This document shows, piece by piece, positions 1-11,226 of a stretch of 41,970 nucleotides of DNA. Position 1 is the first letter of the stretch, and each line of letters opens with the position of its first letter. The position numbers and the translations under genes are program-made. Source of the stretch: an uncultured virus (IMG/VR IMGVR_UViG_2061766007_000872). Its lineage: Duplodnaviria; Heunggongvirae; Uroviricota; Caudoviricetes. The notes beneath the pieces were generated by a model that searched no databases, had not been told where the DNA came from, and saw only the letters and a list, made by a program, of their open reading frames with translations. Location of the stretch: IMG/VR virus record IMGVR_UViG_2061766007_000872. One strand, given 5' to 3'.

Positions 1-1
1 A

Positions 2-3000
2 TATACAGATTATAATCAAATTAGAGATAATACAGATAGAATTGCTGCCCTTGAAGGTACTCCAGTTAGATTAATCTACACTGCAAGTCAAAATCCAACT
101 GCAAGTGATATTAAAACATTTGTTGATAATTATCTTGCTGGTAAAGGCATTACAAATCCTACAGATAGTGATTACAATAGTGTCTCAGTTAAAATTAATG
201 GAACAAATCATATCTGGAACTACTACGCTAATGATGGTGCTTATAAAGATGATGGTCTTGATACAGTCACAGCATTTACAAACAGTATTGCAGGTATTAT
301 TTTAGGTAGTTCTAATGATGGTCAAGTCTATGCAGAAAATGATGGCACTGGTAGTGTCTATGGTTGGAGTGCATTAAAGACAAGAGTCGGTAATAATGAA
401 ACAAACATTACTTCTTTACAAAATAGTAAAGTAGATAAAGTTAATGGAAAAGGTCTTTCCACTAATGACTTTACTGATGCTTTAAAGACTAAGTTAGATG
501 GTATCGCAACTGGTGCAGAAGTCAATACAATTGTTGGTATTCAAAAGAATGGAACAGACTTAACTCCAGATTCAAATAGAAAAGTCAACATTAGTGTTCC
601 TACAAAGACAAGTGACATTAATAATGATAGTGACTTTACTACTAATACTTATGTTAATACAGAATTAGCGAAGAAACAAAATACTTTAGATACACAAACA
701 GCATATACAAGTAAAGGTAGTGCAACAAAAGTTCCTCAAATCACTACTAATACTCTTGGTCAAGTTACAAGTATTACTGAAGTAACAATTACTGATAACA
801 ACGATAATCAAAAAGTCAAAGCAGGTAATGTTACTTTTGGTGATAATGATGTAATTAATTTTGTTGGTAGTGGAAATACTACAGTTACTGGAGATGCATC
901 TGGTAAAACAATTACTATTTCTTCTAGCGATTCTCATGTTGGTGATGTTGTTAGTGTTGGCGCTACAAGTGGCTCTAACATTGCTATTGGTGGAACAAGT
1001 GCTAATCCAACAGTTGGTGTTGCTAGTGGTTATTCAATTCCAAGTGATACAAAACAAGGTCAATGGGATGCAAAATATGATAAGCCAAGTGGAGGTATTC
1101 CAGATGCAGATATTGCAAGTGCTTCTACATGGAATGCTAAACAAGATGCATTATCTACACAAACTGCTTATACAGCAAAAGGAAGTGCTACTAAGGTTCC
1201 ACAAATTACAACCAATAGTTTAGGTCAAGTAACTGGTATCACAGAAATTACTATTACTCAACCAGTTGTTAACAATGGTACCCTAACTATTCAAAAGAAC
1301 GGTACCACACTTGATACATTTACTGCCAACCAAAGTGGTAACAGCACAGCTAATATTACAGTTCCAACTACTTATAGCGATGTTGGAGCTGCAGCTGCTC
1401 ATCACTTATATCATACTTGGGATAATGATACAAATTATTTTGATGGCTTTGAAGGTGGCAATATGTTTAGAATTGTCACTGAAAATATGTATGCTGATTG
1501 TTTTAGATTCCAAGCATCAACTGTTTCTAATTTAGAATATTATAATGGTAGTTCTTGGGTCTCATGGAATCTTGATATATCAAATCTATTTGATGGTAAT
1601 GCCAGAACAGGTATCTCAATCCCGTATGCCAATAGAAAATTTAGATTTCAATTAACTGCTAATGGAGGATGGCCTACAACAGCATTATTCATGCTTCAAG
1701 GAACTTGGTTCAATGATGGTGGGTGGCCAAATGGACATAAGTCAAGCATAATAATAGAAACCCGAGCTAGTACTTCTGATGCTTGGTCTCAAAAAGCGAG
1801 CTTTGATTTAAGTGGTGTTGAAGGTATGGCAGGACATACTTTAGGTTCACTCCATACTGGAAACACTTTGTATAGAATTACAATTGAAATTGCCCCTTGG
1901 ACTAATACTTCAAACAGTTGTCCATTACAAAGATTATGTTTATTCTCAAACTATAACGGTGGTGCTTTAGAAAAAATAACCCATGATGGAAATGGTAATG
2001 TAACAATTCCAACTTTAAAATCCACTACTATTTATGAAAATGGTACATCTCTTGCCAATAAATACTTAGGCAAAACATCAAAAGCAGCAGATTCAGATTT
2101 ATTAGATGGACACGATTCATCTTATTTTGCACCTGCTAGTGCTTTAAATGGTTATTTACCATTAAGTGGTGGTACAATGACTGGTCCTTTATCTTGGAGT
2201 GGTGAAACTGCACTACCTAGCAAGACTCTTCAATATATTTTAGGTATTGATTCTTTCTCAAGTGGTGGTCAAACTGGTTGGCAATCTAAATCAGATTTCT
2301 TATCTGGTTATGCTACTGAAAGTTGGGTAAATAATAAGAGATATGTGCAAGGTTCACCAGAAGGTCCAAGGAACTTTATAAATGGTACTTTAATTACAAC
2401 AAATATTAATTATAGTGCAACTAGTGGTGATGCCTTCTATCTTGAAATTAAAGCAGATGGTTATGGTTATGGAACATATTTGACACAAGTTAATGGTTAT
2501 ATTTATGATGATACAATTATTAACTATTATGTTAATAACTTAGGCATAGCAAGTATTGACGAATTATATGCATTAAATATTGATGGTGTATTATGTTTCT
2601 GGTTCCCTAGACTTGCTTATTGGCAATCATTTAGTGCTACTTGTAATGTTTCAAGTAGTAGTAACTATGTAACAAATCGTGTTGTCTCTATTACTGACTC
2701 AGCACATCCTTCTGGAACAAAAGAAGTTTTATTAACTGCAAGTGGACATAAATATAACAACATCAATGACCAAAATATCGGAAGTCAAAGTGTTAACTAT
2801 GCAACTTCATCTGGAAATGCAGACACTGTTGACAGTAAACATGCAAGTGATTTTGTCAAATTTGGTGGTCAATCAGGCGCATCATTAGGAAGTGATGCAC
2901 CATTTGCAGATGTAACTGCTTGGGCAACATCAGCCAACTTACCAAATGGCAATGCACTTGTCTATGATGAATATGGCAGAGAGTGGTCATTACTCTACAG

Positions 3001-3625
3001 TTTAAGACCAGATAACTTGGCATATGGTGCCATTCTCAAGTGGGGCTATGCTGATACATATTTAAGAATTGCAAGAAAGTCAGGTAGTTGGGTAGGTTCA
3101 GATTGGGAAAAGATTAGTGCAGGTTACGCTGATAGTGCTGGAAATGCAGATACCTTAGATGGATATCATGAATCTAGTTTTATTCATACCACAGGTGGAA
3201 CATTAACAGGTGCTTTAACTTTTGCTAATAGTACATATAATACCGTCGGTGATGATTCACAATTTGGTGATATTGATGTTGCAGGTACTTTAGGTATTAG
3301 AGGCTATAATGGACAAACTGCCCTTGCTTTTGTTAATCAATATGGAAGTAGTTCAGGGCAATATCGCACTAGATTAGTTGCTCCAGTTGTAACAGAGAAC
3401 CATGATGTTTATTTACCTTCTGCTGCAGGTACTCTTGCCTTAACAAGTCAGATTCCAACAGTTACTAATTACTATTGGGCCGATGTTAAAGTTTCTGCAT
3501 CATCTAGTAAAGGAACAACTCCAACATTTAGTACAGTGACAATTGGAGGTAGTGGTTCTACAGCAGGAAAGGCGACTATGCAATATAACACTACAGAAGA
3601 TTGCATTGAGTTTGTCTTTGCTTAA
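2..3625 (+). CDS. Long tail fibre protein, 5'-truncated (>1200 aa)
   Basis: Frame is open from base 2 into ORF 1463..3625. Thr/Ser/Gly-rich, with fibre motifs KVDKVNGKGLSTNDFT, YLPLSGGTMTG and three ADxLDGxHxSxF-like motifs. Confidence 0.85.
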   Translation, partial: YTDYNQIRDNTDRIAALEGTPVRLIYTASQNPTASDIKTFVDNYLAGKGITNPTDSDYNSVSVKINGTNHIWNYYANDGAYKDDGLDTVTAFTNSIAGIILGSSNDGQVYAENDGTGSVYGWSALKTRVGNNETNITSLQNSKVDKVNGKGLSTNDFTDALKTKLDGIATGAEVNTIVGIQKNGTDLTPDSNRKVNISVPTKTSDINNDSDFTTNTYVNTELAKKQNTLDTQTAYTSKGSATKVPQITTNTLGQVTSITEVTITDNNDNQKVKAGNVTFGDNDVINFVGSGNTTVTGDASGKTITISSSDSHVGDVVSVGATSGSNIAIGGTSANPTVGVASGYSIPSDTKQGQWDAKYDKPSGGIPDADIASASTWNAKQDALSTQTAYTAKGSATKVPQITTNSLGQVTGITEITITQPVVNNGTLTIQKNGTTLDTFTANQSGNSTANITVPTTYSDVGAAAAHHLYHTWDNDTNYFDGFEGGNMFRIVTENMYADCFRFQASTVSNLEYYNGSSWVSWNLDISNLFDGNARTGISIPYANRKFRFQLTANGGWPTTALFMLQGTWFNDGGWPNGHKSSIIIETRASTSDAWSQKASFDLSGVEGMAGHTLGSLHTGNTLYRITIEIAPWTNTSNSCPLQRLCLFSNYNGGALEKITHDGNGNVTIPTLKSTTIYENGTSLANKYLGKTSKAADSDLLDGHDSSYFAPASALNGYLPLSGGTMTGPLSWSGETALPSKTLQYILGIDSFSSGGQTGWQSKSDFLSGYATESWVNNKRYVQGSPEGPRNFINGTLITTNINYSATSGDAFYLEIKADGYGYGTYLTQVNGYIYDDTIINYYVNNLGIASIDELYALNIDGVLCFWFPRLAYWQSFSATCNVSSSSNYVTNRVVSITDSAHPSGTKEVLLTASGHKYNNINDQNIGSQSVNYATSSGNADTVDSKHASDFVKFGGQSGASLGSDAPFADVTAWATSANLPNGNALVYDEYGREWSLLYSLRPDNLAYGAILKWGYADTYLRIARKSGSWVGSDWEKISAGYADSAGNADTLDGYHESSFIHTTGGTLTGALTFANSTYNTVGDDSQFGDIDVAGTLGIRGYNGQTALAFVNQYGSSSGQYRTRLVAPVVTENHDVYLPSAAGTLALTSQIPTVTNYYWADVKVSASSSKGTTPTFSTVTIGGSGSTAGKATMQYNTTEDCIEFVFA
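692..1246 (+). repeat. Two copies of a ~30-aa intragenic module (692-781, 1157-1246)
   Basis: TQTAYTSKGSATKVPQITTNTLGQVTSITE versus TQTAYTAKGSATKVPQITTNSLGQVTGITE; DNA differences are mostly synonymous. Confidence 0.9.
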
Positions 3626-3640
3626 TAAAGGAGGCCAATT

Positions 3641-6547
3641 ATGAGTTTAATACATTGGTGGCCTTTAAATGGTAATTTAAATGACTATGGTCTTGAGTCT
3701 AGTGTTTTAACAAACAACGGTGCAACTATAAGTAATAGTGGCAAGATAGGTCAGTGTTATAGTTTTAATTCTAACTATATGATATTGTCAAATCCAGACT
3801 TATCATCTTTTTCTAGCGAAATTTCACTAGCACTTTGGGTAAAAATAACAACTTCACATTCCGGTTATGCACAAGTATTAGTTATGGGAACAAGTGGAAC
3901 AAGTTGGAATGATATACGTTGTGGATTAGATTTAGATGGCAATGGTTTAATTTACTTCAATGTCTCAAATGGCTCATCAAATGGATTCGTGTCTTCAGGT
4001 GATACATATAAAGATAATAAATGGCATCACGTAGTGGGTGTTTTAGGTTCTAATTCAATCAAGATTTATGTAGATGGTGAATTGAAGAACTCAGCGACAA
4101 CTGGTCTTATTCCTGCGTTAACTAACTGTTCTATTTTTGTAGGTGGTAATAGTGCAGGAGAAATGGCAAATAATAATGATTGTTTAAATGATGTAAGAAT
4201 ATATAATCATGCATTATCTACAAAAGAAGTTAAAGAAATAAGTAAAGGTCTTATTTTACATTATCCTTTTAATGACCCTTATGCTGAAGAAACAACAAAT
4301 TTAATTAATCAATCTAATCCAATTACAAATACAGTTAGATGTTCTCCATACAAGAATGGTGTTAAAATAGACTGGACAAATCCAGATAATCAAGGTGATA
4401 CATATTTTATGTTAAATGCACCAAATATGATACCTGGTGTTTCATATATCTTCTCTTTTGATTGTAGTGGTTTATTAGCAGATAGTGATGTCACTTGGGC
4501 AGTATCTAATACATATGCTCCTGCACAAATTCACAATGGAAGAAATGTATTTATATTTACTCCTAATAGTTCTGCATTACAATTATTCTTTGATGACTGG
4601 TCAAGAGATACAAGAATAGATAATTTAATCATGACAAATTTTCAACTTGAACAAGGTGACCATGCAACTCCATATCACTCATCAGTTACAAATTTATTCT
4701 ATGGTAGAATGGATTTCTCAAATACTGATTATTGGAGTAGAAGTCAGGTGAACTCAACTGCTCCAACAATTGATGCTGACGGTAACATGGTTCTTTATGG
4801 TGTGGGAACTGATGGTAATCATCAAAGTTATACAGTGTCTTCACAAGGTGGGATGATTCCTTTAGTGGGCTCTACTCCTTATACTCTTTCTGTATATGTA
4901 AAACATTCATCAACTACAGCAGGTTTTAATATGTATTTCTATGAACGTAATTCTGAAGGTCATGTAAAAACAACAGTTACTAGATTCACAGTTGGCTCTG
5001 AAGATGTAGGTAAATGGGTTAAACATAGTATCACACTTACAACAGAAGCAGTTACTACTGTAATGTATGCAGAACTTAATTGCTATAATAGTCCAGATGG
5101 TGATACAGTTATCATGATGAATAATAGTATTTCTTTAGAGATACCTAGTAAAGTATATGATGCCTCTGGTTATGGTTATAATGGAACTCAATATAATTGT
5201 GCAATAACAAATGATTCAAGATGTGGACAATATTCTTTATCTACAGATGATGCCTTTGGTTTTGTTACATTACCCTCAATTTATTTAGATACATCTTTTA
5301 CAATAAGTACCTGGGTAAAACATTTAGATTCTTTCTCATCTTGGGCAAGAATATTTGACTTTGGTGCAGCACCTAGTGGTGCAGATTACACTATCGGTAT
5401 GGCTACTTCATCTTCAGGAGGCACAATTTGTGTCTTTGGTAGAACTGCTGGTGGCGGTACTTTTCCAGATAGTTATTTTGGCTCTATGGATTTTAATTGG
5501 CATTTATGGACATTAGTTGTTGATGGTACTAATATAAAATTATATAAAGATGGCGAATTATTTAATGAATTTACTGCTTACGATAATGTAGGTGGTGCAA
5601 CATATAACTATAACTATCTCAATAAATCCAATTGGGAAGGAGATGGCTTCTCAAAGAAATATTACTCAGACTTTAAGATTTATAATACTGCTTTATCCGC
5701 TTCAGATGTTTTAGCAGAATATAATAGAAAAGCAAGTATTGATAAGAATGGTAATTTATTTACTAGTGAATTTGTTGAGAAATGTAATAATTTATTGGAA
5801 TATGCTAATTATAGAATTGCTTCTCAAGGTGAGATAAAATGGTACTTATCAGTTGTTACTAAGAGTAATTATGATGCACATGTAAATGATAGGGATTATG
5901 CATATAATTATATTTTAGGTGCTTATACACAGGCGAATTTAAGTGTAACTGTGACAAGTGAGGGTATAAGAATTTATTCTTCTCCTGATGATTCTTATAC
6001 TAATTATGACCAATGGGGTGGTTTATGTATTTCACCTATGGCTATTGGAAACTGCTTAGTTAAAGGACATAGATATATCTTGTCTTGGCATGTTAAAGGA
6101 CAATCAAGTAGAGCAATGACTGATGTATATTTTGAAAGTCAAATAGGCTGGGGAACAAGTGCAACAAGACCATCTCCAACAACCAATAAGTTATATAGTC
6201 ATCCTGCTAACTTTAATGGTGAGATTGATTGTTTTTGGGACTTCACAATTAATGATGATATATTCAAAGTTTGCACAAATAATGGTGGTAACACATCCTT
6301 TACTGAAGGCGAAACATACTTATCATATGCAGGTATTAAACTAGGATATACCTATGAAAACACAGGGAGTTTAGGAACAGATATCTATATCACTAATCTA
6401 CAACTGATAGATGTTACTGATGATAAGACATATAAAATAACAAAAGATGGAGTCATTGAAACAACACAAGCAATATCTGGTGTTAGTGATAAAGCAAGAA
6501 TACATTCAAGTGGCATCATAGATGCAGTAAACCTAGAGGAATGCTAA
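3641..6547 (+). CDS. Concanavalin A/LamG-like lectin-domain virion protein with inserted carbohydrate-binding-like modules
   Basis: Two LamG-type signatures (WWPLNGN..ISLALWVK..WHHVV..IYVDG..NDVRIYNHALS; FTISTWVK..WHLWT..LYKDG..DFKIYNTALS); RBS AAGGAGG; lies between fibre genes. Confidence 0.8.
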   Translation: MSLIHWWPLNGNLNDYGLESSVLTNNGATISNSGKIGQCYSFNSNYMILSNPDLSSFSSEISLALWVKITTSHSGYAQVLVMGTSGTSWNDIRCGLDLDGNGLIYFNVSNGSSNGFVSSGDTYKDNKWHHVVGVLGSNSIKIYVDGELKNSATTGLIPALTNCSIFVGGNSAGEMANNNDCLNDVRIYNHALSTKEVKEISKGLILHYPFNDPYAEETTNLINQSNPITNTVRCSPYKNGVKIDWTNPDNQGDTYFMLNAPNMIPGVSYIFSFDCSGLLADSDVTWAVSNTYAPAQIHNGRNVFIFTPNSSALQLFFDDWSRDTRIDNLIMTNFQLEQGDHATPYHSSVTNLFYGRMDFSNTDYWSRSQVNSTAPTIDADGNMVLYGVGTDGNHQSYTVSSQGGMIPLVGSTPYTLSVYVKHSSTTAGFNMYFYERNSEGHVKTTVTRFTVGSEDVGKWVKHSITLTTEAVTTVMYAELNCYNSPDGDTVIMMNNSISLEIPSKVYDASGYGYNGTQYNCAITNDSRCGQYSLSTDDAFGFVTLPSIYLDTSFTISTWVKHLDSFSSWARIFDFGAAPSGADYTIGMATSSSGGTICVFGRTAGGGTFPDSYFGSMDFNWHLWTLVVDGTNIKLYKDGELFNEFTAYDNVGGATYNYNYLNKSNWEGDGFSKKYYSDFKIYNTALSASDVLAEYNRKASIDKNGNLFTSEFVEKCNNLLEYANYRIASQGEIKWYLSVVTKSNYDAHVNDRDYAYNYILGAYTQANLSVTVTSEGIRIYSSPDDSYTNYDQWGGLCISPMAIGNCLVKGHRYILSWHVKGQSSRAMTDVYFESQIGWGTSATRPSPTTNKLYSHPANFNGEIDCFWDFTINDDIFKVCTNNGGNTSFTEGETYLSYAGIKLGYTYENTGSLGTDIYITNLQLIDVTDDKTYKITKDGVIETTQAISGVSDKARIHSSGIIDAVNLEEC

Positions 6548-6556
6548 ATTAGATGA
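6542..6556 (+). promoter_or_regulatory. Putative phage late-promoter motif TGCTAAATTAGATGA
   Basis: One of 12 copies; 16 nt before ATG 6573. Confidence 0.65.
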
Positions 6557-6572
6557 TAAAAGGAATAAATAT

Positions 6573-8416
6573 ATGGCAGATTTAAATAGCACATTAGTTA
6601 GAGGAAATCTTAGAGTTACAGATGAAATCACTACAAGTAGTGTAACTTCTCCTAAGGTTATTTTAAATGATGTTCAGCATAGATTAAGTCAAGAAGATGG
6701 AACAACAATAACAAGATATAATGGTTCAACAATTGCAGTTCCTAATATTAGTGGTAAAGGTGCTGCACTCTTAACTGATGAAGGCAATGACTTTGGTCTT
6801 CTCTATGTTGGTTCAGATGGTGCTTTATTGGCTAACTCTGGTGATACAGGATATGTATTAAGAGTTCATGATAAAGACACAAGCACTGATATTTTACAAG
6901 TTTGTCAAACAAATGGCACATCTGCATTTAATAGTAATCTTAATGTTAACGGTGCTTTAGAAGCCACAAGCATTACAGAAAGTGGAACTGCATTATCATC
7001 TAAATATTTAGGAATCAATTCTAATGCCGCTTCAGCATCTATTCCTTATGGCTTTAGTTCAAGAGGCACAAATGACTGGTCAGGTGTGTCAGGGACAATG
7101 GTAACTGACTGGTCAACTTCTTCTGCTGGCGACATAATGTTCAAAGATGATAGCGGAAAAATCAATGTTATTACAGATGGTTACTTCTATCAGGGCATTG
7201 ACATTTATGGCTCTTCTAAAAGAGTTCTTGATGAATATGATATCTCACATACAACATGGGGTAATGCAGGCTATGCCAGTAGTGCTGGTAATACTCCTCT
7301 CTTATTATATCAAGATACAAGAGATGCTGCAGTTTCAGTATCTGATGCAGTTGACTACAATGGTATTAAAATTGAATTTAAAAACAAAACAGCAAGTTCA
7401 ATTCCATCTACTGGAACATGGACAGCACTAATTACTTTAGATGGTTATAGCGATAATTCAGGTGGTTATCCAAGTCAACTCGGTTTTAGTATGAGTGACT
7501 TAGGTGCAGATAGACATCTCTATATGAGAAGTCCTGTTGATGGTTCAACATGGGGAGCATGGAAAACAATTGCATTTCATGGTGACAATATCTCTAACTT
7601 CAATAATGATAGTGGATATATAACATCTAGTGGAAGTTGTGCATACGCTACTTCAGCAGGCAGTGCTACAGACTCTACTAAAGTTCCATTAGCAGGTAAT
7701 AGTAGTTCTATGACTGGTACTTTAAAGGTATTAGGTTCTGGTAGTTCTCTTGGTTCTACTTCAACATCTATTACTACTGATACTTCTAATGCTCCTAATA
7801 TTTTTATTTCNNNNNNNNNNNNNNNNNNNNNNNNTATATTGATAATTTAACAATAGGTATGCCCGGTACGACTGGCTCAGCACAAATAAATTGTGCAACT
7901 GCACCTTCAGGAAGTTTACCAAAAAATATAACATATACCTTACCATATACTGATGATAATGATGGTGGTACACTTGCTACTCAATATTGGGTAGAACAAA
8001 AAGGATATTCCACTGTTTCTGGTGTTAATGATTTAACTAACTGGACTTCTATTACTATTAATGGAACAACAAAAAGTATCCCTGCGCCAACAACTGTTTA
8101 TAATCACAATGTTGTATTAACAGATAATAGTGGCTATAGATTAAGAATGCTTATAGTAAATGGTAGTTCTACATTGTTTAATGAGTTTAGATTAGTTTAT
8201 GCTTATCTTAGTCAATTCACTTCAGGAACTTATGGTGGTCCTGGTAATGTTTATGACAGCGATTATGAGTATGATGGTGCCATAACTTATTGGGCAACAG
8301 GTGGTTCTGGTGGTGGCCGATACATAAGAGTATCTTACATCATGCCTGAGGGATATTTTGCTACTAAAGACTTTACAGCAACTTCAGTAACAAGTGTAGT
8401 TGATACAAGAGTTTAA
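6573..8416 (+). CDS. Second tail fibre-like protein; probably one gene across the N gap at 7811-7834
   Basis: The frame of ORF 7859..8416 is open back to the gap and has no clear RBS. Shares ExGTxLxxKYLG with the first fibre, plus MRSPVDGSTWGAWKTIA and ISNFNNDSGYIT motifs. Confidence 0.7.
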
Positions 8417-8424
8417 TAGATATA

Positions 8425-8435
8425 TTGTATAATAT
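8425..8435 (+). promoter_or_regulatory. Putative promoter TTGTATAATAT (-10 box without -35)
   Basis: One of 9 identical intergenic 11-mers; precedes the GT2 gene. Confidence 0.6.
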
Positions 8436-8470
8436 ATTGAATATTAGTTTGAAAGGAATATATTTTTATT

Positions 8471-9445
8471 ATGACATTAGATATATTGATTCCTCAATAT
8501 AAAGAAACAAATGAAGTTATAAAGCCACTTCTAGATAGTATAGCATTACAACAAGGGATTAATTTTAATGACATTGGTGTTATTATTGTTAATGATGGTA
8601 GTAATGTCTTCTTAGATGAAGATTTTCTTAAATCTTATCAATATAAAATTAACTACATAAAAGCAGAACATCAAGGAGTTAGTGCCACAAGACAAAGAGC
8701 ACTTGATGAATCAAAAGCAGATTATGTTATGTTTTGTGATGCAGATGACATGTTCTGTGGCATGATGGGATTGTGGATTATCTTTAGAGAAATGCAAACT
8801 GGATTTGAGACTTTCTCTTCAGTTTTCTATGAACAAACAAAGATTCCGGATACTGATGAGTTAGTTTTTATAACAAGAGAATATGATTCAACATTTGTTC
8901 ACGGTAAAGTACATAGAAGAAAGTATTTAGTTGAACAGAACATTAGATGGAATCCTAATCTAACAATTCATGAAGATTCATACTTCAACATTTTATGTCA
9001 GAAGTGTACTCCACAAGTTAGATATTGTCAAACTCCATTCTATCTTTGGAAATGGAGAGATGATTCAGTTTGTAGAAATGACTTTAAATATATCCTTAAG
9101 ACTTATAATAATATGCTAGATAGCAACACAGCACTCATAACAAATCTCTTAAATAGAGGCAAATATCAAGATGCTCAGTTCTATGCCACATCAATGGTTT
9201 ATGATGCATACTTTACAATGAATAAAGATGAATGGATTAACCAAGAGAATAAAGAATATAGAGACAATACAGAAAAGAGATTTGCTGAATACTACAAGCA
9301 ATTCAAATTCATGGTAACTTCAGTTCCAAAAGAAGTTAAAGCAACAATTCTTCAAGGTCTTAGAAATAGATTCTATCAAGAAGGTATGTTACTTGAGACA
9401 ACAACATTTGAAGATTGGATTAAACACATTGAGGAGTTAGCATAA
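8471..9445 (+). CDS. Glycosyltransferase family 2
   Basis: LDILIPQY, IIVNDGS, GVSATR, YVMFCDADD (DxD), HED motifs. Confidence 0.9.
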   Translation: MTLDILIPQYKETNEVIKPLLDSIALQQGINFNDIGVIIVNDGSNVFLDEDFLKSYQYKINYIKAEHQGVSATRQRALDESKADYVMFCDADDMFCGMMGLWIIFREMQTGFETFSSVFYEQTKIPDTDELVFITREYDSTFVHGKVHRRKYLVEQNIRWNPNLTIHEDSYFNILCQKCTPQVRYCQTPFYLWKWRDDSVCRNDFKYILKTYNNMLDSNTALITNLLNRGKYQDAQFYATSMVYDAYFTMNKDEWINQENKEYRDNTEKRFAEYYKQFKFMVTSVPKEVKATILQGLRNRFYQEGMLLETTTFEDWIKHIEELA

Positions 9446-10311
9446 TGACAAAAGATAAAATTAGAGTTGTTATCATAGGTTACGGTACTGTAGGAAAGAA
9501 TCTCTCTAAAGAGTTAGAAGTTCTTGAGCCAGATATTTTTGATAGAAGACCTAATCCAGATAGTGTTTTAGGATTAGAACTTTATCATACTAATATTGAT
9601 ACTAGAAAATGTAGATTGAAAGATGATGGTACTACAGAACCTCTTACATATGATGTTGCTTTTATTTGTGTAGATACTCCTTGTACTGATGAATCTGTTT
9701 GTGATACAACACAAGTTAAAATGGCAATAGAAGAAACACCAGCAAAAGTCTATGTTATTAAGTCTACAGTTTTACCTCAAACAACAAAACATCTTAATGA
9801 AGAATTTGAGGCTAAATCATATCGTGAATTTGGAGATGATAGTCATAAAAAACATATAATTTTCTCCCCTGAATATTATGGTGCAACACAACACTGTAAT
9901 AACTTCAATTTTAACTTTACAATTCTTGGTGGAGATAAAGAAGATTGCTTAAAAGTTCAACAAGTTTTACAACATGTTTATGATGCTAGACATACATTTC
10001 GCATTGTAGATTCTACTACTGCAGAACTTGCTAAGTATATGGAAAATTGTTGGATTGCTACTAAGGTGTCTTTCTGTTGTAATTTTAGTGACATTGCAAA
10101 AATGTATGATGCAAACTATGAAACTTTAAGAGAGTTATTTATTCTTGACCCTAGAGTAAACCCTTCTCATACCTTTGTCTATGATGAAAAACCTTATTGG
10201 AGTTCACATTGCCTTGATAAAGATGTCAATGCTATTGCAGAGGCATCAGATAATGATTTCTTAAAATTTATTATTAATTTCAACAATAAATCAAAAAATA
10301 AAAATCCTTAG
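9445..10311 (+). CDS. ugd: UDP-glucose/GDP-mannose dehydrogenase family protein (short form)
   Basis: Rossmann GYGTVG, FICVDTP, VIKSTV, FSPEY, AELAKYMEN..ATKVSF, DPRV, catalytic-like HCLDKD. Confidence 0.85.
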   Translation: MTKDKIRVVIIGYGTVGKNLSKELEVLEPDIFDRRPNPDSVLGLELYHTNIDTRKCRLKDDGTTEPLTYDVAFICVDTPCTDESVCDTTQVKMAIEETPAKVYVIKSTVLPQTTKHLNEEFEAKSYREFGDDSHKKHIIFSPEYYGATQHCNNFNFNFTILGGDKEDCLKVQQVLQHVYDARHTFRIVDSTTAELAKYMENCWIATKVSFCCNFSDIAKMYDANYETLRELFILDPRVNPSHTFVYDEKPYWSSHCLDKDVNAIAEASDNDFLKFIINFNNKSKNKNP

Positions 10312-10332
10312 TAATTTTAGACCAAATTTAAA

Positions 10333-10347
10333 TGCTAAATTAAGTGA
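10333..10347 (+). promoter_or_regulatory. Putative late-promoter motif TGCTAAATTAAGTGA
   Basis: Repeated intergenic motif ahead of 10391. Confidence 0.65.
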
Positions 10348-10390
10348 AAGGAAGTAGTTCCTTATTTTATATTGTAGAGAGGGTTATTAA

Positions 10391-10927
10391 GTGAACGGTT
10401 GGCAAATNNNNNNNNNNNNNNNNNNNATAGGAACATTGTTTGGAGCATTTGGCCTCTCTGCATATTTTGTTGAGAGATTTAGACATAAAGCACAAAAGAA
10501 AAATAAGCAAGAAGACTCAGATGAAGAAAAGATTAAGGCAGCAGAAAAAATGGAATTAGAGAATACTATTGGTGAAGTTTTAGATAAAAAATTAGATGAA
10601 AAGATTATACCTCTTTTTAATGCATTCAAAGAAGAATTACTAGGAATTAAAGACAAAGTTAATACAATGTCTGATGATATGCAACTTCTCAAAAAAGGTG
10701 TTCAAGTTACCTGCCGCAATGACTTAGAAGATTTGTATGACAAAGCAGAGAAAGATGGCTATTGCTCAAAAGATGGAAAGAACAGATTTGATGCTACATA
10801 CAATGCTTACCATAATTTAGGAAAGAATGGTATCATGGATGAAAAATTCAAAAAGGTAGCAGCGATGAATGAGAGACCAAAAAGAAAAAGAACACCTAAG
10901 AAAAAGATTTTATTAGAAGACAAGTAA
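10391..10927 (+). CDS. Membrane-anchored holin-associated protein
   Basis: N-terminal hydrophobic segment, coiled coil, and GVQ..RNDL..Y..GY..YNAYHNLGKNG pattern seen in lysis-module proteins of Bacillota phages. Confidence 0.55.
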   Translation: MNGWQXXXXXXXIGTLFGAFGLSAYFVERFRHKAQKKNKQEDSDEEKIKAAEKMELENTIGEVLDKKLDEKIIPLFNAFKEELLGIKDKVNTMSDDMQLLKKGVQVTCRNDLEDLYDKAEKDGYCSKDGKNRFDATYNAYHNLGKNGIMDEKFKKVAAMNERPKRKRTPKKKILLEDK

Positions 10928-10946
10928 ATAAATTTAACGAGTAAAT

Positions 10947-10983
10947 AAAAAGACTTCTGCAAATGCTAAAGTCTTTTATTTTT
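10947..10983 (+). terminator. Intrinsic terminator
   Basis: AAAAGACTT-loop-AAGTCTTTT followed by ATTTTT. Confidence 0.7.
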
Positions 10984-10985
10984 GA

Positions 10986-11000
10986 TGCTAAATTTAATGA
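10986..11000 (+). promoter_or_regulatory. Putative late-promoter motif TGCTAAATTTAATGA
   Basis: Directly after a terminator and before RBS AAGGAG at ~11010. Confidence 0.7.
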
Positions 11001-11022
11001 TGAAATTATAAGGAGAATTACA

Positions 11023-11223
11023 NNNNNNNNNNNNNNNNNNNNNNCAGGACAAATTCCATTCATCGCTAATCTTAAGTACATGGAACCAAATGTTCCTACA
11101 AAAGACATTGATGCTAATGGTATTTATGGCACAAAAGAAGTTGATAGAGTTAACGTCAATGTTGAAACAGCGGAAGAATTGACACCTGAAGCACAACAAG
11201 AAATTCTTAATGAGGAGTATTAA
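11023..11223 (+). CDS. Small hypothetical protein (start inside N gap)
   Basis: RBS AAGGAG at ~11010 precedes the gap; frame open after the gap to TAA. Confidence 0.5.
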   Translation, partial: XXXXXXXXGQIPFIANLKYMEPNVPTKDIDANGIYGTKEVDRVNVNVETAEELTPEAQQEILNEEY

Positions 11224-11226
11224 TCT

